DNA from: Candidatus Altimarinota bacterium
GTDB taxonomy: Bacteria; Patescibacteriota; Gracilibacteria; UBA1369; GCA-2718715
Length of the DNA stretch: 64,000 nt
Reading direction: 5' to 3'
Assembly: GCA_041242255.1 (NCBI GenBank)
Contig: JBESAV010000001.1
Span: 704,001 to 768,000, forward strand
Below the pieces are notes generated by a model that saw only the letters and a list, made by a program, of their open reading frames with translations, searched no databases and was not told the DNA's origin. This document shows, piece by piece, positions 9,857-19,128 of this stretch (the stretch's first letter is position 1; every line of letters starts with the position of its first letter). A program made the position numbers and the translations under genes.

Positions 9857-12214
9857 TTAAGCCAACAAGTCCTTCAATAAGAAGTACTCCCGGTTCAAAC
9901 CAAGAAACTTATAACAGTTCTTCAGCTGATATAACATTTCAATTTTCACTTCAGGGTCAGTTTCCAATGATAGTTCATCATAGATACCATAGATTTCCAT
10001 TTCATATTTTTTCTTCAACTCATTTAAGATATTTTCACTAACACCCCATTCCTCCAACTCAAGTAAAGCCTGACTTAAAAGATTCAAATCAACATTCTTC
10101 AATTCATTATACAAATCAACTTCATCTTTAGTCATTTTAAGAACTCCGTAAAACAACTTCAATTCAGGATACTCTTTAATCTTTTCGACCAATAAAGCAT
10201 CATAAAACTCCACTAACTCAAAGTTGTTAGAAACAATCAGGTACAATAAACCATATTTAACCGAATCTATATCAGAAGATACTAGGCATGATCTAACAAT
10301 ATATTTAACTTCATTCTTTGGCATATAATCATCCAACAATGACAGAAAGGCCATTCTAACCTTAGAGCTATCAACTTTCATATACCTTTCAAACAAATGC
10401 AATAAACCTAAGTCATCCTTCTCCTTCATTACGTTCACGAAATACAAGCAATTATCTTCATCAAGCAACTCCTCACACATTTTCATTAAAGCATGAATAT
10501 TATTAGTTCTAAGATAAAACCTAGTTAAGAATATGATCAACTCACTATAATTCTCCCTATCAACCTTTCCTGAAACCAACTTTTCATAAAAACTAAATAA
10601 ATATTCCATAGAAAAGGGTTTATCTTCAAACAAGTCTATCTTACGCTCAAACAAATCATTTACAGACTCCAATAGATCAAACTTATTTTCAGATCCTTCA
10701 TATTGTCCCATTAAGAAATAGACATCCTCTACACAACCATACTCACCAATGAACCTATACAGTCTACCCTTAACCATCTTATCAAGATCGACTCTATGCT
10801 CTAGCAAATCTTTTACAAACTCCAAAGCAAACCTTTTATCTGATAGTGATTCTAAGATTTCAATAGCATTCATTTGCTCACTCAAACTATCACTATTTTG
10901 CAAAGCTTTAATAGGTTTCATATCGAACTGACTTCCAAACTTTTTAGTTAAAATAATTACCCCAATCAAAACAAAGATACTTATCAATGAGGAGTACAAA
11001 TTAAAATTACTAGAGAAAAAGAAATTAATTAGAAATAAAACTACCATTGCTAGAATATTTCCAAGAGGTCTAACCACACCCTCTAGTAACTCAATTACAG
11101 CAGTTCGAAATCTATGTGATAAAGCGTAATAGGTTGTATGGTAAGCATTATAGTGAAGTACGTGGGTAACTTCTTGGTTAAGCCTGGAGATCACAACACT
11201 AGGGAAACCATAACCAACCAGCATTCCCAAAGCACTAACTATCATAACAATAGGGGATATAAACATTGTTCCAACTGACCCTAAACCTTTAAGGATTCTT
11301 GAAGTAAAAAACAATTGGAAAATTATTACCACTGCCGCAAAACCTGCATGTAATGCCCCTAAATCAGCTGCAAGATTAGCGTCATGACCACCTGAATGAT
11401 GGTAAGACTTACTAAACTCCTCAACTACAAAAGTAAAGTGGTACTCCAAAATACCAAAAAACACGAACTGCAACAGAACTAGACCAAAAAGATACAAAAC
11501 AAACTTATTATTCTTAAGCTGATCCTTTATCAAATTCCAATCCATAGCATCATCTTTTTCAATAACGATCCCTTTTTCAGGTATATTAAATAAACTTTTA
11601 TATGGAACTAAAACAGTTTTATTCATAAAGTACAAAATTGTTGGCACACATAAAAGCATGTAAACAACCATCACCAGAAACAATTTGTTTAATGACAAGA
11701 AAGCAGAGAGCAAGGCAATAAGTATACCACCTAGTAAAACACCAAGGGTCTCAGCAGATTCTATTACAGGAAAAACTCTAGCCGCCTGATTAGGTGAGAA
11801 AATACTTTCAGCTAAAAGTGATCGCACAATTTTAAATTGAGACAGAAATAAAGAAACACTGATCAAGCAAGTAAGTAAGAACACTTCAGGTGAAACAGTA
11901 TATACAAAAGCTGTAATAACAAATAAAAAAGAAATTATTAAAGCCAAATATAGTATTAGGTTTGCTTTCTCAAAATAATTAATGATCCTCCCAAAAAATA
12001 AACTACCTAGCATGCAGCTAAACGAATGTAAGGCAAAAAGTATTGGCAGATACATAACTCCGTACTGCCCTACAAAAAAGGCAACCATTACAGTCCAACC
12101 AAAAACCATACATATCCTGTAAATGAAGCTAAGAAACCACATCACAAACACTTCAGAAAACTCCTCTTCATATACATTTATCAATCTGTAAGCCCAAGTC
12201 TTTATTAAGTTCAT
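9857..12214 (-). CDS. Npt1/Npt2 (TLC)-like MFS transporter with C-terminal helical (HEAT-like) domain
   Basis: About 12 hydrophobic segments in the first 430 aa; FSPNQAARVFPVI and R...EGVVRPLG resemble the NTT family; helical C-terminal half. Confidence 0.6.
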   Translation of the reverse strand: MNLIKTWAYRLINVYEEEFSEVFVMWFLSFIYRICMVFGWTVMVAFFVGQYGVMYLPILFALHSFSCMLGSLFFGRIINYFEKANLILYLALIISFLFVITAFVYTVSPEVFLLTCLISVSLFLSQFKIVRSLLAESIFSPNQAARVFPVIESAETLGVLLGGILIALLSAFLSLNKLFLVMVVYMLLCVPTILYFMNKTVLVPYKSLFNIPEKGIVIEKDDAMDWNLIKDQLKNNKFVLYLFGLVLLQFVFFGILEYHFTFVVEEFSKSYHHSGGHDANLAADLGALHAGFAAVVIIFQLFFTSRILKGLGSVGTMFISPIVMIVSALGMLVGYGFPSVVISRLNQEVTHVLHYNAYHTTYYALSHRFRTAVIELLEGVVRPLGNILAMVVLFLINFFFSSNFNLYSSLISIFVLIGVIILTKKFGSQFDMKPIKALQNSDSLSEQMNAIEILESLSDKRFALEFVKDLLEHRVDLDKMVKGRLYRFIGEYGCVEDVYFLMGQYEGSENKFDLLESVNDLFERKIDLFEDKPFSMEYLFSFYEKLVSGKVDRENYSELIIFLTRFYLRTNNIHALMKMCEELLDEDNCLYFVNVMKEKDDLGLLHLFERYMKVDSSKVRMAFLSLLDDYMPKNEVKYIVRSCLVSSDIDSVKYGLLYLIVSNNFELVEFYDALLVEKIKEYPELKLFYGVLKMTKDEVDLYNELKNVDLNLLSQALLELEEWGVSENILNELKKKYEMEIYGIYDELSLETDPEVKIEMLYQLKNCYKFLGLNREYFLLKDLLA

Positions 12215-12256
12215 AATAAAATTACATCTAAATATTATAACATAATTTAGATATTT

Positions 12257-12286
12257 AAAAAGCCCTCGACTACAAAATCAAGGGCT
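12257..12286 (-). terminator. Intrinsic terminator after rpsB-tsf
   Basis: Minus strand AGCCCTTGA-8 nt-TCGAGGGCT followed by a T tract. Confidence 0.7.
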
Positions 12287-12308
12287 ATCAAACAGTGTTT
12301 TTATAAAA

Positions 12309-13073
12309 CTATGTCATGAAAACGAAAGAAGTAATTTCTCCACCATTCTCTTTAACGTAATCAGCAACCTTTTTAGAAGGCTCCATTACAAAGTCTTGAG
12401 TCAAAAGAGCGTTAGCTTCTCTGAACTTCTTCTCTTTACCAGAAAGGATGTTATCCCAGATCTTTTCTGGCTTTCCTGATTTCTTAAGCTCATCATTCCA
12501 GATCTCATGTTCTTTAGCTACTTTTTCATCAGAAACTTCGTCAGGTGAAAGGTTTGTAGGCTTCATTGCAGAAGCATGCATTGCAACATTTCTTGCAACT
12601 TCTTCACTTCCACCAGTCATTGCTACAACAGCTGCAACTTTATTGTTCGAATGAACATAAGCACCTACAGTTTCTCCTTCGATCAACTTAGGCTCCATCA
12701 ATTGTAGCTTTTCTCCCATTTTCAAAGAAAGGTCAGTTACGTCACCACTTAAATCAGTATCAAGACCCTCTTTAAGTAGTCTTTCAGCTAATTCATTCGC
12801 GGCTTTCACGAAATCATCATTTTTTGCTACAAAGTCAGTTTCAGAAGCCAGCTTCATTACAACCGCTTTTTTACCATCAGTTGCAACTGCTACCACACCT
12901 TCTGTAGTATCCCTATCTGCACGGTCAGCAGCCTTAGCCTCACCTTTCTTTCTAAGCAACTCTATTGCTTTGTCCATATCACCATCGGCTTCAACCAATG
13001 CTTTCTTACAAGCAGTGATAGATACTCCGGTAATATCTCTTAATTCTTTAATTTGTTCTAAAGTAATTGCCAT
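12309..13073 (-). CDS. tsf: Elongation factor Ts
   Basis: MAITLEQIKELRDITG, SETDFVAKN; ATG at 13073 preferred over the upstream TTG. Confidence 0.96.
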   Translation of the reverse strand: MAITLEQIKELRDITGVSITACKKALVEADGDMDKAIELLRKKGEAKAADRADRDTTEGVVAVATDGKKAVVMKLASETDFVAKNDDFVKAANELAERLLKEGLDTDLSGDVTDLSLKMGEKLQLMEPKLIEGETVGAYVHSNNKVAAVVAMTGGSEEVARNVAMHASAMKPTNLSPDEVSDEKVAKEHEIWNDELKKSGKPEKIWDNILSGKEKKFREANALLTQDFVMEPSKKVADYVKENGGEITSFVFMT

Positions 13074-13095
13074 ATTCAATATTTAATTAAGTTCC

Positions 13096-13779
13096 TTATG
13101 ATAATGCTTCACCAATGAAGTTCAGTATGTATTTAACTGACTTAATAGCATCATCGTTTGCTGGTATTTTGTAGTCAATCAAATCAGGATCAGCATTTGT
13201 ATCCAAGAATCCTACTACTGGAATTCCAAGTTTTTTAGCTTCTTCAACGGCTATTCTATCTCTAACAGTATCAACAACGAAAAGACAGCTAGGCTTCTTA
13301 GTCATATCTTTAACTCCGCCTAATCTTTCTTCAAGTTTTCTCATCTCTTTCATCATCTTAGAAGCTTCTTTTTTAGTGTATTTTTCAATACTACCATCAG
13401 CTACCATAGACTGAATGTTTTTCATCTCTCTCACTCTTGAGTTAACTGTTTTAAAGTTTGTCAAAAGCCCTGGTATCCATTTGTAAGTCACACTTGGCAT
13501 ATCAAGTTTTTTAGCCAAAGCCTTAACAGTTGGTACAGTTTGTTGCTTAGTAGAAACAATCAAAATTGTTCTACCAGCATCCTTCTCTTTCTTTAAAAAA
13601 TCCAATGCATTATCAAGATGCTCCAACGTTTTGTGAAGATCGATAATGTGAACATTTTTTCTTTCACCCCAGATAAATTCTTTCATCTTAGGATTCCACT
13701 TGTTTGTATAGTGCCCAAAGTGAACGGCATTTTCCAGCATATCTTGTAGAGTCTGGTTTTTGTCTTTTATGTATTTCAT
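13096..13779 (-). CDS. rpsB: 30S ribosomal protein S2
   Basis: VHFGH...WNPKM, WIPGLLTN, DTNADP, IPANDDA. Confidence 0.97.
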   Translation of the reverse strand: MKYIKDKNQTLQDMLENAVHFGHYTNKWNPKMKEFIWGERKNVHIIDLHKTLEHLDNALDFLKKEKDAGRTILIVSTKQQTVPTVKALAKKLDMPSVTYKWIPGLLTNFKTVNSRVREMKNIQSMVADGSIEKYTKKEASKMMKEMRKLEERLGGVKDMTKKPSCLFVVDTVRDRIAVEEAKKLGIPVVGFLDTNADPDLIDYKIPANDDAIKSVKYILNFIGEALS

Positions 13780-13796
13780 AAATTCCTTGTGGTTAA

Positions 13797-13854
13797 ACGC
13801 TATCTATTCTTCTATTAGCCCGTGAGATCTCAATTACGAGACAGGAATAGGCGT
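13797..13854 (-). promoter_or_regulatory. Structured 5' leader of rpsB (putative S2 autoregulatory RNA)
   Basis: Minus strand ACGC-CTATTC...GAATAG-ATA-GCGT stem with inner CTCGT/ACGGG helix, lying between the promoter and the rpsB start. Confidence 0.5.
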
Positions 13855-13887
13855 AGAAGGGATAACTAAAATAAATTTACATTGCGC

Positions 13888-13916
13888 AATATAGTCAAAA
13901 ACCCTATTCTTTGCAA
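13888..13916 (-). promoter_or_regulatory. sigma70-type promoter of rpsB-tsf
   Basis: Minus strand TTGCAA-17 nt-TATATT. Confidence 0.5.
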
Positions 13917-13943
13917 GTAAATAAGCACTAAACCTAATTAACG

Positions 13944-16538
13944 ATGATACCTAAAAGTTTTGATTACAATACTCTAGAAGATAAAATCTATCAAAATTGG
14001 CTCAAGTCTAAATGTTTTCAACCAAAACCAGGAAAGCAGAACGATACCTTTACAATCATGATGCCACCCCCTAACGCAACCGGTACCCTTCACCTAGGAC
14101 ACGCCAGTATGTTAGCAATCCAAGACATCATTATCAGGTTTAAAAGAATGTCAGGATATGAAACCTTATGGCTACCAGGAACAGATCATGCCGCCATCGC
14201 TACACAAGACAAAGTTGAAAATCTACAGTTCCAAAAAACAGGAAAAAACAGACACGATTTTGGACGTGAAAAATTCCTACAACTTGTTGATGAATTCGTA
14301 AAGCAATCTCAAGAAACTATTGTAAAGCAAACTAAAAAGATGGGAGCAAGTTGTGATTGGGATCAAACAAAATTCACTCTAGATCCAGAGCTTCAAGATG
14401 CAGTTACAGAGATGTTTATACGTATGTATAATGATGGCCTTATATATAGAGGTGATAGAGTTATCAACTGGGATCCTAAAATGCAGACCACAGTTGCTGA
14501 TGACGAAGTTGAATACAAAGAAGAGTACACAAACTTCTATTACTTCCAGTTTGGACCAGTAGTAATAGGTACCTCCAGACCAGAAACAAAATTCTTAGAT
14601 GATACAATCGTAGTTCACCCTGAAGACCAAAGATACAAACATCTTATCGGAAAAGAATTCACACATGAATGGATAAACGGAGAAATCACATCCAAAGTTA
14701 TCGCTGATGAGTCAATTGATATGGAATTAGGGACTGGTGCTATGACAATAAGTCCAGCACATAGTTTTATAGATTACGAAATCGCTCAAAAAAATGACCT
14801 AAAATACGAAAGAATCATAGATCTAGAAGGTAAAATACTTTCATCAGCTTCTAAAGAATGTGCTGGCATGACCATCAAAGAAGCAAGAAAAAAAGTTGTT
14901 GAAATTCTTAAAGAAAAAGATCTAGTAACTGACATACAAAACAACTATTACCACAAAGTTGCAGTTAACTATCGTGGCGGAGGAATAATAGAACCTCAAC
15001 TCATGGAACAATGGTTTATAGATGTAAACAAAACGGTGGTTGATTGGAAAGACCAAAAAATGAGCCTCAAGCAAGTAATGCAAGACGTAGTTAGATCAAA
15101 TGATATTGAAATACTTCCAAACTCTCAGGAGAACGTTTACTTTAACTGGATTGATAAGCTACAGGATTGGTGTATATCGAGACAAATCTGGTATGGACAC
15201 AGGATTCCTGCTTGGTTTAAAGATGGTGAGGTTAAAGTTCAAATTGATTCCCCAGGTGAAGGTTGGAAGCAAGATCCTGACACATTAGACACATGGTTCT
15301 CTTCTGGTATGTGGACTTTCTCAACCTTAGGTTGGCCAAACCAAACTGAAATGCTCAAAAAATTCCACCCAACTGACGTTCTTGAAACAGGATACGACAT
15401 ACTATTTTTCTGGGTGGCTAGAATGATTCTCATGACAACTTACGCTACTGGACAAATTCCATTCAAAACTGTTTATCTACACGGACTTGTTAGAGATAAA
15501 AACGGAGATAAAATGAGTAAATCTAAAGGAAATGGTATAGACCCCTTAGAAGTTATTCAGAAATATGGAACAGATGCAGTGAGACTAAGTCTAGTGATGG
15601 GTACAAGGCCTGGACAAGACGTACGACTTTTCGAAGAAAAAATAGCTTCATACAGAAACTTCGTAACAAAAATATGGAATTCAACAAGATTTGCATTAAT
15701 GAATCTAGATTTTGATAAAATTGACAAGGAAGAAATAGATCCTACAAAACTAAGCGAAGCAGACAAATGGATACTCCATGAAACACAAGAAATGATCCAA
15801 ACACAAACTGAACTTCTCAACCAATATAGATTATCAGAGGCAGGAACAAAGATATATGACTTTCTCTGGAATGATTTCTGCTCATGGTACTTAGAGATAT
15901 CAAAGAAAAACCTAAACAACAAAGTTTTATATCTAGCACTCTCAGATATACTCAAAATGCTCCATCCATTTGTCCCTTTTGTTACAGAAGAACTCTGGAA
16001 ACTTTTAGGTCATAAAGAAATGCTAATGCTTGAAGAATGGCCTGAAATGAATAAGAATTTGCTATTCCCGAAAGAGAAAGAACAAATCGATAACTTAAAG
16101 AAAACTATTACTGCAATAAGATCAGTAATGGCAGACTTTGATGTAAGCAAAGACTCTCACATAACAATACAGCATAAAAGTCAAACAGTTATAGAAACAA
16201 ATCAAGATGTCATTAAGCATATGGCAAAAGTCAAAACACTTGAGCTAACCAATGACTTCAAACATATACCTAAAACAATCACACAAGTAGTGACACCTGA
16301 GATAACAATTTTACTTCACCTAGATCAAAACATAGATCTAGAAGCTGAGAAAGAAAAGCTAAGTCTCGAAGCCTCAAACTTAAACAATTTTATAATTAGT
16401 CTTGAGAAGAAACTTTCAAATAAAAACTATACCGAAAAAGCTCCAGAACATATTGTAGAGGAAACAAGACAAAATCTAGAGACATCTCAGAAAAAACTTA
16501 CTAAGATAAACCAAAGACTAAAAGCTCTCTCTGAATGA
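13944..16538 (+). CDS. valS: Valine--tRNA ligase
   Basis: PPPNATGTLHLGH, DWCISRQIWYGH, KMSKS, C-terminal coiled coil. Confidence 0.96.
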   Translation: MIPKSFDYNTLEDKIYQNWLKSKCFQPKPGKQNDTFTIMMPPPNATGTLHLGHASMLAIQDIIIRFKRMSGYETLWLPGTDHAAIATQDKVENLQFQKTGKNRHDFGREKFLQLVDEFVKQSQETIVKQTKKMGASCDWDQTKFTLDPELQDAVTEMFIRMYNDGLIYRGDRVINWDPKMQTTVADDEVEYKEEYTNFYYFQFGPVVIGTSRPETKFLDDTIVVHPEDQRYKHLIGKEFTHEWINGEITSKVIADESIDMELGTGAMTISPAHSFIDYEIAQKNDLKYERIIDLEGKILSSASKECAGMTIKEARKKVVEILKEKDLVTDIQNNYYHKVAVNYRGGGIIEPQLMEQWFIDVNKTVVDWKDQKMSLKQVMQDVVRSNDIEILPNSQENVYFNWIDKLQDWCISRQIWYGHRIPAWFKDGEVKVQIDSPGEGWKQDPDTLDTWFSSGMWTFSTLGWPNQTEMLKKFHPTDVLETGYDILFFWVARMILMTTYATGQIPFKTVYLHGLVRDKNGDKMSKSKGNGIDPLEVIQKYGTDAVRLSLVMGTRPGQDVRLFEEKIASYRNFVTKIWNSTRFALMNLDFDKIDKEEIDPTKLSEADKWILHETQEMIQTQTELLNQYRLSEAGTKIYDFLWNDFCSWYLEISKKNLNNKVLYLALSDILKMLHPFVPFVTEELWKLLGHKEMLMLEEWPEMNKNLLFPKEKEQIDNLKKTITAIRSVMADFDVSKDSHITIQHKSQTVIETNQDVIKHMAKVKTLELTNDFKHIPKTITQVVTPEITILLHLDQNIDLEAEKEKLSLEASNLNNFIISLEKKLSNKNYTEKAPEHIVEETRQNLETSQKKLTKINQRLKALSE

Positions 16539-17386
16539 ATTACATTGAAATTCAAAAATTAATCAAAAAAGGGGATATCAAAAAAGCACAACAAGAGCTA
16601 AAAGATAAGCCCTTTTCTCAAACTCAAACATCAATTTATAGAAAAACTGAAAAGCTCTTAAGCAAAAAAATACAAAACTTAAGAAAAAAGTTCGTTCAAC
16701 AAAGTATTAAAAAGTGCAAAGACTATTTAAAAGAAGGGGAGTTAGATAAAGCTTATCATCTCATACTAGATCTTGAAAATATTGATTCAAGCAATAGTAA
16801 AATTCAGAGACTCAAAACAAAAATAATTACATCAATCAACAGATCTCTTCGGGACTCAGCCAAAACACTCTTCAAAAAGAGCCAAATCGAGATAGAAAAC
16901 TTAATAAAATCAAACCAACCACAAAAAGCATTAGAAGTAACCTACCAGTTAACTCAGTTACCTGAAACATTAAGAAAACAACTAGAAATAGAAACAAAAC
17001 GTAAGATCATAGACAACAAATTAAAATCAAACAAAAAAAGCCTTTCAAAGACACCAGCACCTCAGAAATACGATTTCATAAAAAATCTCTTTGATCTGGA
17101 ACCAACATACCCAAAAATACAAAAAATTCTTATTTCATGTAAAGAGGAGCTAAGAGAATACTCTAAACACCAAAAGAAAAATCTCTTAGAAGAATTAACA
17201 AGAGAAACAAAAATCTTATTTAATAAAAAAGAATACTCAAAAGCCAAAGAGAACGCCAAGAGAATTCTCTCGATAGATCCAACAAATTCAAAAGGTATAA
17301 AGTATTACAAAAAATCTGAACACTGCTATTATAACGATAGCTACAGCAAAGCTTACCAAATTCTACAATCTAAAACTAAAATATGA
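16535..17386 (+). CDS. Lysine-rich helical (TPR-like) hypothetical protein
   Basis: ATGA overlap with valS; TPR-like segments such as KEYSKAKENAKRILSIDPTN. Confidence 0.55.
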   Translation: MNYIEIQKLIKKGDIKKAQQELKDKPFSQTQTSIYRKTEKLLSKKIQNLRKKFVQQSIKKCKDYLKEGELDKAYHLILDLENIDSSNSKIQRLKTKIITSINRSLRDSAKTLFKKSQIEIENLIKSNQPQKALEVTYQLTQLPETLRKQLEIETKRKIIDNKLKSNKKSLSKTPAPQKYDFIKNLFDLEPTYPKIQKILISCKEELREYSKHQKKNLLEELTRETKILFNKKEYSKAKENAKRILSIDPTNSKGIKYYKKSEHCYYNDSYSKAYQILQSKTKI

Positions 17387-17958
17387 TTTTCTCAGACCAA
17401 GATATTCAGAAAGCAATTCAACAAGGTAAAATTACAGTTGAACCTTTTTTAGATAGAAACTTACAACCAGCCTCTGTTGATCTTCACTTAGATAAACACT
17501 TTTTAGTATTCGACGACACTCAACATTATGTTATAGACCCTAAAGAACCTATGGATGACATGATGAGAGAGGTTACGATTGATGAAGATGGATATTTTGT
17601 ACTACACCCTGGAGAATTCGCTCTAGGAATGATTTACGAAACTACCGGAGTAAGTGACGATATAGTTGGTAGACTAGAAGGTAAAAGCTCTGTCGGACGT
17701 TTAGGAGTACTAATTCACGTAACTGCAGGTTTTTTAGATCCAGGTAACAAACTTAAAATGACATTGGAACTTCACAATACATCCAACTTACCAGTTAAGC
17801 TTTATTACAAAATGCCTATAGCTCAAATGGCATTCGAAAAGATATCTTCACCATCTCTTCAACCATATTCACCTAAACTAGGAAGCAAATACTATGGTGA
17901 TATGAAACCAAGAGCTTCACAAATGTACAAAAACTTTATAGATGGAGAATGGAAGTAA
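17383..17958 (+). CDS. dcd: dCTP deaminase
   Basis: LQPASVDL, LEGKSSVGRLG, TAGFLDPG, TLEL. Confidence 0.93.
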   Translation: MIFSDQDIQKAIQQGKITVEPFLDRNLQPASVDLHLDKHFLVFDDTQHYVIDPKEPMDDMMREVTIDEDGYFVLHPGEFALGMIYETTGVSDDIVGRLEGKSSVGRLGVLIHVTAGFLDPGNKLKMTLELHNTSNLPVKLYYKMPIAQMAFEKISSPSLQPYSPKLGSKYYGDMKPRASQMYKNFIDGEWK

Positions 17959-17960
17959 AA

Positions 17961-18281
17961 CTACTTCTTAATACTTAGGTATTTTTTTGAAGCATGCCAT
18001 ACAAATATAACCAGAATTATAAGGTTAAGTACGTGTAGAAATTCCATAGAAAGAAACGCAACATTATACCTTCTAGCACCTAGGTAAACTAAACCAAGCA
18101 AACCTATCCAAAATGAAGCTTCAGCCAAAGTACCAAGAGACTTTCTCATTACTCTTCTTTTATCTTTAGCTAAATACCTAACTGCTATTTTAAAAACTAA
18201 AGATAGAACAACAAGTAAAATATAAAAAGCTAAAAAGGGTGCAAAGTATTTAAATGTAGTTGGATTCGCAAAAGCAAACAT
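17961..18281 (-). CDS. Small membrane protein (3 TM)
   Basis: Three hydrophobic segments; last gene of the priA-trpS-pyrG-lgt run. Confidence 0.6.
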   Translation of the reverse strand: MFAFANPTTFKYFAPFLAFYILLVVLSLVFKIAVRYLAKDKRRVMRKSLGTLAEASFWIGLLGLVYLGARRYNVAFLSMEFLHVLNLIILVIFVWHASKKYLSIKK

Positions 18282-18286
18282 AGAAT

Positions 18287-19126
18287 TTAAGTGTTAATAA
18301 ATTTTCTTAATAATTTTTCAATAGGCAGCAAAATCTTAGTATGATGCCTCATTTGATAATCATAAACTTTCTTACCAAAATAAATAAAAGCTGCAAAGAA
18401 AAGAATCATCTCTATTCTCAAAGCTCCAAAGATAAGGAAGGCAGGATCATCACCTCGGAAGAAACCTTCAACAAATCGACAAAAACTATACATAAAACCA
18501 CCAAGATAAAAAACTAAGCCTTCATATTGATGTCTGTATTTTTTATGCAACACCCAAAGTATCATAAAAATTAAAATACAATAAAATGTAGCATATAGCT
18601 GCGTAGGATGTATTGCTGTTAGGTACTTAACATTAATATTATTCAGAAACTGAACACCAACAAATGAATCTGTGGGACGCCCAAAGTTTGAACCATCTAA
18701 AAAAGCACCAAAATTAACAAAACTTAGAAAAAGCATAAAAGATACCATAAAAGTATCACCCCATTTCATAGGATTCTCCTGACGTTTATTTGCATTATTT
18801 ATGAAACTCAAAACCACTCCAAAAACTAGCCCCCAGAAGGATAGTGATTTATCTGCCCAAAAAGCAATTGCTTTAAATACTGATGAAAAGTTAATAGCAT
18901 CAAAGAAATAAAACTGATAATTCAAAGCTACGTAGACTATTCTTCCCCATATCAACCCTGATAACAACATCTTATAAAAGATATCTACGATAAATTGTAG
19001 CCTTAATCGATTCTTCAAAGCATTCTTTACAAAGAAATAAGTTGCAATTATTAAACCAACCAAACCAAAAAAGAAGTAAGATTTAACAAAAAAACTCTGG
19101 GTAATCTGCAATAGAATTGGATACAT
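18287..19126 (-). CDS. lgt: Prolipoprotein diacylglyceryl transferase
   Basis: MYPIL start, GRIVYV, GRPT, HPTQLY, RFVEGFFRGD. Confidence 0.85.
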   Translation of the reverse strand: MYPILLQITQSFFVKSYFFFGLVGLIIATYFFVKNALKNRLRLQFIVDIFYKMLLSGLIWGRIVYVALNYQFYFFDAINFSSVFKAIAFWADKSLSFWGLVFGVVLSFINNANKRQENPMKWGDTFMVSFMLFLSFVNFGAFLDGSNFGRPTDSFVGVQFLNNINVKYLTAIHPTQLYATFYCILIFMILWVLHKKYRHQYEGLVFYLGGFMYSFCRFVEGFFRGDDPAFLIFGALRIEMILFFAAFIYFGKKVYDYQMRHHTKILLPIEKLLRKFINT

Positions 19127-19128
19127 AT

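Noticed and set aside
12231-12262. dif-like site (TTATGTTATAA resembles the XerD arm)
   Set aside because: No matching XerC arm at 6-nt spacing; better explained as an extended -10 promoter.
16536-16538. Genetic code 25 (UGA=Gly) as in some Gracilibacteria
   Set aside because: TGA ends valS and rlmN at their expected C-termini, and conserved genes are intact under code 11.
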